Shown here: in pieces, positions 1 through 9,291 of the stretch
Layout of the letters: each line of letters begins with the position of its first letter
How positions within the stretch are numbered: position 1 is the stretch's first letter
NCBI GenBank assembly: GCA_964523355.1
Contig: CAZFZV010000001.1
Coordinates: forward strand, 2,213 to 66,212
DNA: 64,000 bases
DNA from: an uncultured Candidatus Saccharibacteria bacterium
GTDB lineage: Bacteria > Patescibacteriota > Saccharimonadia > Saccharimonadales > Saccharimonadaceae
Reading direction: 5' to 3'
Notes under the pieces: model-generated
Told to the model about the DNA's origin: nothing
What the model saw: only the letters and a program-made list of their open reading frames with translations
Database searches by the model: none
Made by a program: the position numbers and the translations under genes

Positions 1-588
1 ATCCAGGACTAGTCGATAATCACATTCTGCGATTAGACCACGTTTCGTAGCCTCGACAAAGCCGAGTTCGTAAACTGGCTCGCCATAAATCTCCTCGATT
101 TTCTGACCATCAAGACGGTCAGGTGTCGCCGTTAGACCGAGTAAAAACTCCGACTGAAAATAGCGAATTGTCGGGAAATATGTTCGTGCCTTACTATGGT
201 GCGCTTCATCGACAATAATGTAGGCAAACTCATCTTTTGGGAAATTTTTGCGGTTCTCCTTCATAGTCTGGAAGGTCGCAAAAAGAAAATTCGTCGGACG
301 AGTTGTCTTATCGCTGTCAACATACATACCATAGCTAAATTCTTCACCAAAATAATCCTTAAACTTCTTTTTGGACTGGCGAAGAATCGGCTCCGAGTGG
401 CAAAGAATCAGTACGCGTCCAAACGGTTTGTCGGCAAAAAACTTTTCAACAGCAAATGCCGAAGTGTAAGTCTTGCCAAGACTACTCGCCATGACGACGA
501 GAGCGCGTTTTGCGCCTTTTGCAATGGCTTCGTCGATTGCTGCTAAACATCCCTTCTGATACTCCCTTGGTTTGATTTCTTTATTCAT
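1..588 (-). CDS. Superfamily 2 DExH helicase (type III restriction Res-like), 5' part only; runs off the window edge
   Basis: Manual translation (not in the ORF track): MNKEIKPREYQ...VMASSLGKT (Walker A-like)...IIVDEAHH...GLTATPDRLD. No stop down to base 1. AAGGAGG RBS upstream. Confidence 0.85.
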   Translation of the reverse strand, partial: MNKEIKPREYQKGCLAAIDEAIAKGAKRALVVMASSLGKTYTSAFAVEKFFADKPFGRVLILCHSEPILRQSKKKFKDYFGEEFSYGMYVDSDKTTRPTNFLFATFQTMKENRKNFPKDEFAYIIVDEAHHSKARTYFPTIRYFQSEFLLGLTATPDRLDGQKIEEIYGEPVYELGFVEATKRGLIAECDYRLVLD

Positions 589-665
589 AGAAATCCCCTC
601 CTTTTCTATTTTGAGATAAAATTCAGATATTGCGCAGTATAACAACTAACTTTTAAGGTACAGAT

Positions 666-761
666 GCCTCGCAAATCTTGCGAGGCCGGTATTTATAATA
701 AACAAAATACCGGAACTTTTGTCGATTTTGTGGCTTTTTAGCCAACTTTCGACAAGAGTTC
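666..761. other. Three tandem inverted repeats in the long 5' leader of the helicase gene
   Basis: GCCTCGCAA/TTGCGAGGC (666-686), CCGGTATTT/AAATACCGG (686-713), GAACTTTTGTCGA/TCGACAAGAGTTC (713-761). Confidence 0.55.
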
Positions 762-792
762 TAGGGGTAGACTAAAACCGTCCCATGCTTAC

Positions 793-821
793 ATTGTAGC
801 ACAGATTTGCCATTTTGTCAA
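793..821 (-). promoter_or_regulatory. Sigma70-type promoter for the helicase gene
   Basis: TTGACA-17 nt-TACAAT with extended TG on the minus strand. Confidence 0.6.
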
Positions 822-900
822 TATTTCAGTACCTCTTCGCAACCCTTGTAGCAAAATGAGATAGATTCTGTGATGCTCAGTAACTCAGGAGTTTGTTTAC

Positions 901-1293
901 TTATTCAGCGATGTATGGGCAATTTTCACGACCAGCGTGGTGTTGACCTTGTTGGTTGGCTCTATAGCCGTGACCGCGAGCTTGACTCTGGCTATTTTGG
1001 TCGCTTGAAGTATGGTAGTAATGGTGAACTTCGTGTTTCTCGTTAATGTAAGGATAGTCAGAAGATTCGTTGTATGGGCAATTTTCTTGGTTAGCGATGC
1101 GGCGATATTGTGGAGCCGACGTGACATAGGCACTGTTAGAGATAGCAGTGCGACGGGCGACGGGCGTGTTGTTATGATAGCCACCATAGCTGCCACTACC
1201 GCCTACGGCTTTAGCGACTGGGGCGATTGCAAACGCACAGCCGAGCACTGTTAGGCTAATTATCAAAGTTGTAATTTTGTAGTCTTTTGTCAT
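901..1293 (-). CDS. Secreted hypothetical protein
   Basis: Signal-peptide-like N-terminus ending in AKA; ENCPY motif occurs twice. Confidence 0.55.
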   Translation of the reverse strand: MTKDYKITTLIISLTVLGCAFAIAPVAKAVGGSGSYGGYHNNTPVARRTAISNSAYVTSAPQYRRIANQENCPYNESSDYPYINEKHEVHHYYHTSSDQNSQSQARGHGYRANQQGQHHAGRENCPYIAE

Positions 1294-1333
1294 GTTCTAT
1301 ATTATAACTTATTGGGCAGAGAAAGCAATAGTG

Positions 1334-1870
1334 CTAAATTTCGAACTCGTAGATTGCGGCGTTTTGGTAGTTGGGGACGTTGCTGGTGGGGAGATGTTTG
1401 AGAATCATCGTAAACCGCTTCATAAGGCCATTAGAACTGACGATAAGAATCGTAGCATCTCTAGGATAAGAATGTTGTAGGCTCTGCAGAAAATCTGCGG
1501 CACGGGCATGGAATTCGCAGATCGGCTCAACACCAAATGCGTCAGAGTTGAGGCCGATGTCGAGAAAATCAATCTCATTATCGAACAGTGCTGAAGGTGA
1601 GCCGCCTTCAAACTGCCCAGCATTGCGCTCGTTCAGACGGCTATCAATGATTATTGGCTGGTTGTCAGCAATAATTTCAGCAGTCTTGCGCACACGTTGG
1701 AGCGGCGAGGCGTAAATTGCATCGAACCGCAAATTACGCTGACGGATTTGGTTACGCAACGATTGAGCTTGAGCAATACCAACAGCGTTAAGCGGAATAT
1801 CGGATTGCCCCTGAAGACGATTGGCAGCGTTCCAATCAGTTTGGCCGTGACGAACGAGGTAAAGTTTCAT
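1334..1870 (-). CDS. Histidine phosphatase (phosphoglycerate mutase-like) family protein
   Basis: LVRHGQT motif, ASPLQR, RLNER; GGAGG RBS. Confidence 0.9.
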   Translation of the reverse strand: MKLYLVRHGQTDWNAANRLQGQSDIPLNAVGIAQAQSLRNQIRQRNLRFDAIYASPLQRVRKTAEIIADNQPIIIDSRLNERNAGQFEGGSPSALFDNEIDFLDIGLNSDAFGVEPICEFHARAADFLQSLQHSYPRDATILIVSSNGLMKRFTMILKHLPTSNVPNYQNAAIYEFEI

Positions 1871-1885
1871 AATATCCTCCTAGCG

Positions 1886-2458
1886 TTAATTAATCTTGTC
1901 ACCCTCGGAAGCGTCGCCGAGGTTTAGAAACTGATTGTTCCAGGGTTTGGGCGAAGAGTCATCGAGGCTGCAGGTATAAATAAGGTATTGTTGTGACTTC
2001 TCTGGCGTATCTTCGGCGGTATATGTTTCGCGCAGAGGCATGATCTTGTCGTATAGACTAACCGCAGGACGTCCGGGGAAATAGGTAGTATCAATACGAA
2101 AATATTTATAAGCGCCAAGACGGCGACAATATGCGATAGTATCGAGCAGCACTTGGCGACCAAAATGCTGACCACGAAACTCTGGCAAGATGGCAAACCA
2201 GTCCATCCAAATCGATGCGCCATGGTCATAACCCGGCTCGTCGGAATCAAAAGTAAAAACTCCGGTAAGACCTACTAGCTCACCCTGATGATAAACTAAC
2301 CATGAGACATTACTCATGTCGTCTGGGTAGAGAGGTTTGCTCAAATAATCTGCATCAACTTCCTCGCCTGGCCAAATCTGATGCTGGACCTCCAAGGCAA
2401 GTTGAAGGTTGGTGGTGTCTACTTTCTTGTATGTCAAATCTCCGGTTTGGCTTTTCAT
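1886..2458 (-). CDS. GNAT family N-acetyltransferase
   Basis: Acetyl-CoA motif A: FAILPEFRGQHFGRQVL. Confidence 0.75.
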   Translation of the reverse strand: MKSQTGDLTYKKVDTTNLQLALEVQHQIWPGEEVDADYLSKPLYPDDMSNVSWLVYHQGELVGLTGVFTFDSDEPGYDHGASIWMDWFAILPEFRGQHFGRQVLLDTIAYCRRLGAYKYFRIDTTYFPGRPAVSLYDKIMPLRETYTAEDTPEKSQQYLIYTCSLDDSSPKPWNNQFLNLGDASEGDKIN

Positions 2459-2504
2459 GGATCAAGTTTTCCTAAGAATTTTATGATTAGCGTCGGGAGG
2501 GGCT

Positions 2505-5018
2505 TCATTTAACTAAACCTTGGAGTTTCTCGTGAACGGCGCCGGAATCTTTCGCAATCAGAGCCAACCGAGCGTCGATCTCGGCGCGAGCGACTTTGAG
2601 GGTGCGAGCAAGGATTGGGTCGTCAAGCTTAGAGTCGAAGAATATGTAAAAGAGCTTAGCTTCGGCAGGAGTCTGGATCAAATTCGCAGCGTAGCGGGGG
2701 TAGTCTTCGACAGACTTGTCGCCGGTAAGCTGCACGACAAAATCCCAATGCTCGGTCAACCATTTAAGAGTCTGCTCGCGGGTGCGGTGATTGCGGAGGA
2801 GGTAAATATAGAGGAAAATATGGTCTTGCGGGCGCACGACTTCGGTCTGGTCGAGCAAGCTAAGCAGCTTCTGGAGATGGGTATCCTGCTTCGCGCCGCT
2901 CACGAGCACGGCGAGGAGAGTACGTTTAATATCGGGGTCAGATTCGGACTGGTAGCGCGCCAACCATTCGTCAAAAACGGCGGCGTCGCGTTGGAATTTT
3001 GCGGCAAGCACATGCGGACGCAACTCGGAATCAATTTGCGCAAAATCATCGCGATACAAGTTAACCAGCTCATTAAGGACAGTTTCGTCTTCAGTATAGC
3101 GCGCAATCCCGAGCAGAATATCGCGGATGCAGGCTTGGTCGGCATCTTGAACTGCGTGGAAAGCGATTTCGGCAAAACGCCCACTATATATATTATGGAG
3201 AAACTTTTTGTAATTCCCTGCGGCAGGGCTTTCGGGTGGGCAGAAAAGTTTCAAATCGCCAATCATCGTGGCGACAACTTCAAACACGGCAGCGGAATCT
3301 TCAGATCCGAACTTAGACAGCAAATCAAGCAGCGAGGTATTAGCAACATGGCCGGCTTTCGCCAAAAGCATCCGATCGAGCAGGAGGCGGATTTTCTGCT
3401 CCAAAGAAAGCTCCGTAAAACGCGTCAATTTTTCCTGAAATTCTTTGTCGCTGAGATCGATCAGGTAGTGCCCCGACATGTCGTCTTTGACTTCAGGCAA
3501 AAGCCACTCAGTATCGTCAGTCGTGCCGTCAATCAGGAAGCGTTGCTGCGCATACCAAGTCTGATCGTCATTGTGCGCGGATTGGAGCGCAGGATAGCCA
3601 GGCTGAGAAATCCAGGCATCCATGAATTGCTGTACATCGAAATCGGCATAAGACTGGAGCGCTTCCCACAAATCATCGCCTATAGTGTTCTCGTAAGCAT
3701 ACTTTCCGAAGTAATCGTGCAGGCCATCGCGGAAGTTGTCTTCGCCCATGAGGCGTATCAGCATCAGGACAAGACGAGCGCCTTTCGCGTAGACGATGGC
3801 GGAATCAAAAAGCGTAGCAATTTCCTCCGGATGATGAACCGCTTGCTTCACGGCTTGGACGCCAGGCAGACAGTCACGGCGCAGGGCTGCAAGACAGTCG
3901 CCAGTGAAAAAATCTTGCCAAACCTTGAGCTCGGGATAAAGCGCATCGGCAGCATAATATTCGATGACGGTCGCAAAGGATTCATTCAACCAAAGGTCAT
4001 CCCACCAACGCATAGTGACAAGATTGCCAAACCATTGATGCGAGAGTTCGTGCGTCACGGTCGTCGCCACAGTACGCTTCAGATCAAGGCTAGCATCGCT
4101 GCCGCTCAACATCATGGATTCGCGATAGGTCACGAGGCCCCAGTTTTCCATCGCGCCGGATTCAAAGTCAGGTAAGGCGACTTGGTCGAGCTTCGGGAGA
4201 GGATATTTCGTACCAAACTTTTCGTCGTAATATTCGAGAGCCTTAGCGGCGGTCTGATTGGCAAAAAGCAAACTCTTGAGCGGTTGGTTCAAGGCGGAAT
4301 AGGACGAGACGCGAACGCCGTTTTTGTTCACGGTCGAGACGTTTTGGAGTGGACCAACTACCCAAGCCAGGAGATAGGTCGACATGCGCGGGGTAGGAGC
4401 AAATTCAAAGCGGCCATTGGTCTGCCCTACAGGCGGCATATTTGCGAGTACAACATCCTGCGACGGATCATAGTCGGGTACAATCAAGGTCAGCTCGAAA
4501 ACGGCTTTCGCAGCGGGTTCATCGACACAAGGAAAGGCTTCGCGAGCATAATGTGACTCAAATTGCGTAGTAACGATTTTGTGCTCTTTATCATTATAAC
4601 TATATGACGAAAGGTAGCAGCCCTCCATATTACGATTCAACTTGGTAGAAAAAATGATTTTTAGATCAATATCTTGATCAAACGTGGTACAATCTGCGGC
4701 ACATTCATCAGCGTCGGCGCTACATTTCTGAATAATCTCACGCATTTCTGAAGTAAGGGGAATTTCGATAGCTTCATTGTCATACTGAAAATCACACTCC
4801 ATGAAACCATAGTTGTCGGATTCGGTCTCATAACCGCGCCAATACGGTCGCCAAGTAATCTCTTGGATCTCTAAGTCAACCGCATGTAACTTAATAGACT
4901 GCGCATCAAGGATTTTGCCAGTAATTTCTACTTTGCCTTTCAAGCGCTCCTCTTGACGAAAAATACACTCTTCGAGCTGATACTTACACGGGACAAAATA
5001 GTCTAAGAATCTTTCCAT
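2505..5018 (-). CDS. pepN: M1 family zinc aminopeptidase N
   Basis: GAMEN motif, HELSH-x18-E, AREAFPCVDEP. Start moved to ATG 5018, 6 nt downstream of TGCTATAAT. Confidence 0.93.
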   Translation of the reverse strand: MERFLDYFVPCKYQLEECIFRQEERLKGKVEITGKILDAQSIKLHAVDLEIQEITWRPYWRGYETESDNYGFMECDFQYDNEAIEIPLTSEMREIIQKCSADADECAADCTTFDQDIDLKIIFSTKLNRNMEGCYLSSYSYNDKEHKIVTTQFESHYAREAFPCVDEPAAKAVFELTLIVPDYDPSQDVVLANMPPVGQTNGRFEFAPTPRMSTYLLAWVVGPLQNVSTVNKNGVRVSSYSALNQPLKSLLFANQTAAKALEYYDEKFGTKYPLPKLDQVALPDFESGAMENWGLVTYRESMMLSGSDASLDLKRTVATTVTHELSHQWFGNLVTMRWWDDLWLNESFATVIEYYAADALYPELKVWQDFFTGDCLAALRRDCLPGVQAVKQAVHHPEEIATLFDSAIVYAKGARLVLMLIRLMGEDNFRDGLHDYFGKYAYENTIGDDLWEALQSYADFDVQQFMDAWISQPGYPALQSAHNDDQTWYAQQRFLIDGTTDDTEWLLPEVKDDMSGHYLIDLSDKEFQEKLTRFTELSLEQKIRLLLDRMLLAKAGHVANTSLLDLLSKFGSEDSAAVFEVVATMIGDLKLFCPPESPAAGNYKKFLHNIYSGRFAEIAFHAVQDADQACIRDILLGIARYTEDETVLNELVNLYRDDFAQIDSELRPHVLAAKFQRDAAVFDEWLARYQSESDPDIKRTLLAVLVSGAKQDTHLQKLLSLLDQTEVVRPQDHIFLYIYLLRNHRTREQTLKWLTEHWDFVVQLTGDKSVEDYPRYAANLIQTPAEAKLFYIFFDSKLDDPILARTLKVARAEIDARLALIAKDSGAVHEKLQGLVK

Positions 5019-5098
5019 ACCATCATTATAGCACGTAAAACCGGGCCTCGGAGAGGCTATACTTTCATTATAGCACAGTTGTAGCAAAAAGTCAAGCT

Positions 5099-6712
5099 TT
5101 AGATGACGCGCGAGACTTCCTCTAGCGTCGTTTCGCCACGCAGCGCCGCCAGGACGCCTTTCTGCTCGAGAGTCAGCATGCCGCTCGCCCGGGCAGAATC
5201 CTCAATCATGTGTGTATTCACATCTTTAACGTCACCGCGCAAATAAGCCTGGATGTCTTCGGAGACTACCATTTGCTCCATAAGAACGGTACGGCCATGG
5301 TAGCCAAACGGCGCGTCGTCGGTCGGGACAGGACGATAGAGCGTAATGTCGCCGCTCAGGTCGACGTCAAGACCGTAGAGGACGCGGCGGATATAGCTGG
5401 CGGTCGCCTCATCGGCGCGATAAGCTTCTTTACTATCGGATAGCTTACGCACAAGACGCTGGGCAATCAGCATCCGAATCGAGCTGGCGAAAATCGGATT
5501 TGTACCGATGAGATCAATCATACGAGCAAAGGCGGCAGCGGTCGAATTCGCATGGAAAGATGAAAGCACGAGGTGCCCAGTAATTGAGGCCTGGATCGCG
5601 GTCTTCGCAGTATCAGCATCACGAATCTCACCAACCATCACGACGTCCGGATCGAGGCGCAAGACAGAACGCAGACCCTCGGCGAACGAACCGCCGTCGT
5701 TAGTATGAATCGGGATCTGAGTAATCCCCGTAATACCGTATTCGATTGGATCCTCCAAAGTAATAATCTTGCGATCACTGTTGTTCAGGGCGTTGAGAAT
5801 CGAATACAAAGTTGTAGATTTACCAGAACCGGTAGGACCGACCATCAAGACAAGACCGCGCGGGTGCGAGATGATTTCCTGAATCGTAGCGCGCTCGGTT
5901 TCGGAAAGACCGAGTAGGTCTAGGTTTAGCAGACTTTCGTCAAAGTTGAACAGACGCAAGACAGCATCTTGGCCATACATCGTCGGAACGGTCTCGACGC
6001 GGATATTGAGCAAATGCGAGGAACCATTACGATAGATATCTTGTTGCATGTGGCCAGACTGCGGCTTGGTCGAAGCGGAAGAGAGATCGGCGCGTGCCGA
6101 AAGTTCGCCCATGAGAATACGGTAGCGATCGCGACTAATCTCAGCAACTGGATGAAGAATACCGTCAACACGCATACGAATACGAATCTTATCGCGGAGG
6201 TTTTCGATATGGATATCCGAAGCCTTGAGCTTGTCGGCTTGGTCAATCAAGAAGTTGAAGACTTTTTCGGTAGAAACGGAATTGAGGGTTTTGCTAACTT
6301 CGGCGATAGTCTCAGAATCACCCTCTTTCGCAATTTTAATATCGTCGTAGTGAACCTGTTGAGGAGGATCATAACGCAACATAAAAGTCTGGTAAGCGGA
6401 ATTCGAGATGAGAAAGAAATTGACATGGAGACCGTCGTTAGCATATTCTTTGCGCATTTTGCTTAAGAGGCTATTTGGCGTCTGGCTGGTAATCATAAAA
6501 CGATAGGGCTCTTCGCTATTTCCCTGCTCGAGCGGGATGATGAAGTCCTTGTGCATTTGCTCGACCGGAATCGTGTCGGATTTGTTGATGAGCGGGATAA
6601 TCTGCTCGAACTCGCGCGTATCAAGATAAGGTAATCCTAAAATTTTCGCGCGTTCACTGGTCGCACGTTCTTCATTGTCGCGTCGTTTACGTTGTACTTC
6701 TTGTTCGTCCAT
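5099..6712 (-). CDS. GspE/PilB-family type IV pilus assembly ATPase
   Basis: Walker A GPTGSGKST, ITLEDPIEY, RLDPDVVMVGEIRD, TGHLVLSSFHAN. Confidence 0.92.
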   Translation of the reverse strand: MDEQEVQRKRRDNEERATSERAKILGLPYLDTREFEQIIPLINKSDTIPVEQMHKDFIIPLEQGNSEEPYRFMITSQTPNSLLSKMRKEYANDGLHVNFFLISNSAYQTFMLRYDPPQQVHYDDIKIAKEGDSETIAEVSKTLNSVSTEKVFNFLIDQADKLKASDIHIENLRDKIRIRMRVDGILHPVAEISRDRYRILMGELSARADLSSASTKPQSGHMQQDIYRNGSSHLLNIRVETVPTMYGQDAVLRLFNFDESLLNLDLLGLSETERATIQEIISHPRGLVLMVGPTGSGKSTTLYSILNALNNSDRKIITLEDPIEYGITGITQIPIHTNDGGSFAEGLRSVLRLDPDVVMVGEIRDADTAKTAIQASITGHLVLSSFHANSTAAAFARMIDLIGTNPIFASSIRMLIAQRLVRKLSDSKEAYRADEATASYIRRVLYGLDVDLSGDITLYRPVPTDDAPFGYHGRTVLMEQMVVSEDIQAYLRGDVKDVNTHMIEDSARASGMLTLEQKGVLAALRGETTLEEVSRVI

Positions 6713-6804
6713 AAGTCTACTTAATTCTTATGCTATATATTATAGCATAGTTTGCCGGAGCCGCACTAAAAAGTCTTCGAGCAGAGGTATGATAAAATAA
6801 GATA

Positions 6805-9291
6805 GTGGAAGCCTATAAATTCTTTGTGCGTACGCTAGATGAAATGTACGCCGATGCGGAAAAACGAAAAATTATAACGCCAGCAACTATTAGTCAGGGC
6901 GAATTTGCGGACTTGAGCTATCAGATCGATGCGATTCGACAAGGTCTAGAATGTCTAGAGAAGTACAGTGGGGTAATGATTGCGGATGTTGTGGGGCTCG
7001 GGAAGTCGATTATCGCAACGGCGCTGGCTTATAATCTAGCGATGCCGCGGACGCTAATCGTCGCACCGCCACATTTAAAACCGCAATGGATAAAATATGT
7101 GGAGAAGTTCCAACTGAAGAACGCAAGCGTAGTGAGCAGTGGGAAAATTAAAGATTTACAACAGGCTGCAGAGACAGCGGAGCCGACGTTATATATAATT
7201 GACGAGGCGCACCGGTATCGAAATGAGAATACGTCAGCCTACCAACTATTACATCAAGCTGTACGCGCGAAGGCGGAGAATAAAGTCATCTTGCTAACTG
7301 CGACGCCGTATAATAATCATCCGAAAGACCTTTATGCGTTGGTAAAACTATTCCAGATTCCAAGTCGCGCAACGCTCAATACGGTGGATAATTTTGGTCT
7401 GCGGTTTGGTCAACTAATTGTAGAATATAATCAACTTGCGAAAGTAAAAAAGCGGAATACATCACCAGCGGCCGACAAGCAAATCCGCGATTTAGCTGAA
7501 CGCATGCGCACAATATTAGAGCCCGTCATTATACGTCGGTCGCGAATCGACCTGACAGAAATCACACATTATGCAGAAGATTTAGCAACGCAAAAAGTCA
7601 GCTTCGCGAACGTGAACGATCCGAAGACGATTGAGTACGACTTAGGACAGTTGACAGAGCGATATTATCGGACGCTTGAGGGACTAAATACAGAAGCATT
7701 TGCGGGTGCGAAATATAAGCCGTTGACTTATCTGGCTGACGAGGCAGAATTTAATACGAAGTATAAGACCGTTTTTAATTTTAGTCGTACGCAACAACTT
7801 AACATGGCAAAGTTAGCACAGCGGCTGTTCGTATTACGTTTTGAAAGTTCGCCGTATGCTTTCAAAACAACGTTAGAAAAAATGATCGCTGCGCACCGTA
7901 ATACGATCGAGCTGTGGCGGACGAAAGGTTTGGTGACAATTTCTAAAAATAAGGCACTCGATAAATTTGATGACGATGAGGGGGATAATTTTACAATTTC
8001 GCGCGCGATGCTGAATGATGATTTCGTGGAGGACGTCGAGGCGGACCTGGCGTGGTTGGAAAAAATATATCAGCTTTGGTTTAAGAATGGTATCGAATTC
8101 GATCCGAAACAAGCCCGAGTCGAATTAACAATCCGCGAGTTATTGCGACAAAATCCAGAACGAAAGATCGTAATATTCACGAGCTTTGCGGACACGGCAG
8201 AATATGTCGCAAGGAAGTTGCGCGAAGCTGGTCTGACGCGAACATTACTGTATACTAGCGCGCAAAGCCGAGCGCTGAAGAACATTGTGGCGCGAAATTT
8301 CGATGCGGCTCTAAGGGCGGAAGACTGCGAGAATGGATACGATATAATCGTGGCGACGGATGCTCTGTCGGAAGGGTTTAATTTACATCGTGCCGGTGTG
8401 ATTATAAATTATGATATTCCCTACAACCCGACGCGCGTAATACAAAGGGTTGGTCGGATTAATCGTATCGATCAGCAGAAATTTAAGGAGCTGGAAGTCT
8501 ATAATTTATTCCCGACGACGATTGGCGAGAATATAATTAAAGTGAAAGGGATTTCCAGCTTGAAAGTCATGCTGATGAACCAAGTCATTGGTAATGATAC
8601 GAAAGTGCTGACAAGCGACGAAGAAGTAGAAAGTTTTCTCTGTCAACAATATGAAAGCGTGAGCCCGGACAAGATTGCGGCATGGGATAATGAATATCGC
8701 AATATTTACAATCGTGTAAAAGACGATGCAGGACTAATATGCCAAGTCCGATCAAGGTCGGACAGAAAGATTACGAGAGGAGTCTACGTAGCGGATGTAA
8801 AAAGTCTGGCTTTAATACGTCGCGGGAATAATCTAGTATTTATGAGCCTGGGTGGAGATGGCACGGTGAATGTCGTGACGCCGGCGAAAGCTTTGGAGAT
8901 TTTATGCGCTGAGGAGGATGAAAAAGCCATAGCGAGCGATGAGAAAAATGAGAGTTGGGAAAGGTTTACAGCTGCCGTAGCGAAACCATATGAATTACCC
9001 AAAATGCTCGGTAATCGGGGCTATGCGCTGGATGTGATTGAGGCGTTGCGCGAGATATGTCCTGACGAAAAAACGTATCTAGACAAACTGTACGACGCGG
9101 CGAGACGATATGATGATTTGTGCGAAGCGGAGCTGCAAACTATTGTGCGATTGGACTTAAATAATATGAAAATCGCGATGGCAAAACTGCGCACGGAAAT
9201 TCCGGAATGGTACTTGGACGGGATATGCCAGAAAGCAGCTGGAGTCGAGGCGGCGCGGCCAGAGCTTATCCTAGTGGAGGATTTCGTATGA
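6805..9291 (+). CDS. SNF2-like SF2 helicase of an RM-associated locus
   Basis: ADVVGLGKS, IIDEAHRYRN, LTATP, QRVGRINRI; ATGA overlap with the downstream methyltransferase. Confidence 0.85.
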   Translation: MEAYKFFVRTLDEMYADAEKRKIITPATISQGEFADLSYQIDAIRQGLECLEKYSGVMIADVVGLGKSIIATALAYNLAMPRTLIVAPPHLKPQWIKYVEKFQLKNASVVSSGKIKDLQQAAETAEPTLYIIDEAHRYRNENTSAYQLLHQAVRAKAENKVILLTATPYNNHPKDLYALVKLFQIPSRATLNTVDNFGLRFGQLIVEYNQLAKVKKRNTSPAADKQIRDLAERMRTILEPVIIRRSRIDLTEITHYAEDLATQKVSFANVNDPKTIEYDLGQLTERYYRTLEGLNTEAFAGAKYKPLTYLADEAEFNTKYKTVFNFSRTQQLNMAKLAQRLFVLRFESSPYAFKTTLEKMIAAHRNTIELWRTKGLVTISKNKALDKFDDDEGDNFTISRAMLNDDFVEDVEADLAWLEKIYQLWFKNGIEFDPKQARVELTIRELLRQNPERKIVIFTSFADTAEYVARKLREAGLTRTLLYTSAQSRALKNIVARNFDAALRAEDCENGYDIIVATDALSEGFNLHRAGVIINYDIPYNPTRVIQRVGRINRIDQQKFKELEVYNLFPTTIGENIIKVKGISSLKVMLMNQVIGNDTKVLTSDEEVESFLCQQYESVSPDKIAAWDNEYRNIYNRVKDDAGLICQVRSRSDRKITRGVYVADVKSLALIRRGNNLVFMSLGGDGTVNVVTPAKALEILCAEEDEKAIASDEKNESWERFTAAVAKPYELPKMLGNRGYALDVIEALREICPDEKTYLDKLYDAARRYDDLCEAELQTIVRLDLNNMKIAMAKLRTEIPEWYLDGICQKAAGVEAARPELILVEDFV

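Noticed and set aside
2520-4556. 551-aa and 124-aa plus-strand ORFs
   Set aside because: Antisense shadows of pepN with no recognisable motifs.
6721-6804. A second att site closing the RM island
   Set aside because: No match to the tRNA-Arg(TCG) 3' end was seen and there is no integrase.
9207-9287. N-terminal extensions given by the ORF track (also pepN, Clp, tilS, galU, murA, gpmI, rhodanese, PilX-like, 63329)
   Set aside because: They run through promoter motifs or upstream genes; downstream ATGs have RBS or -10 support.
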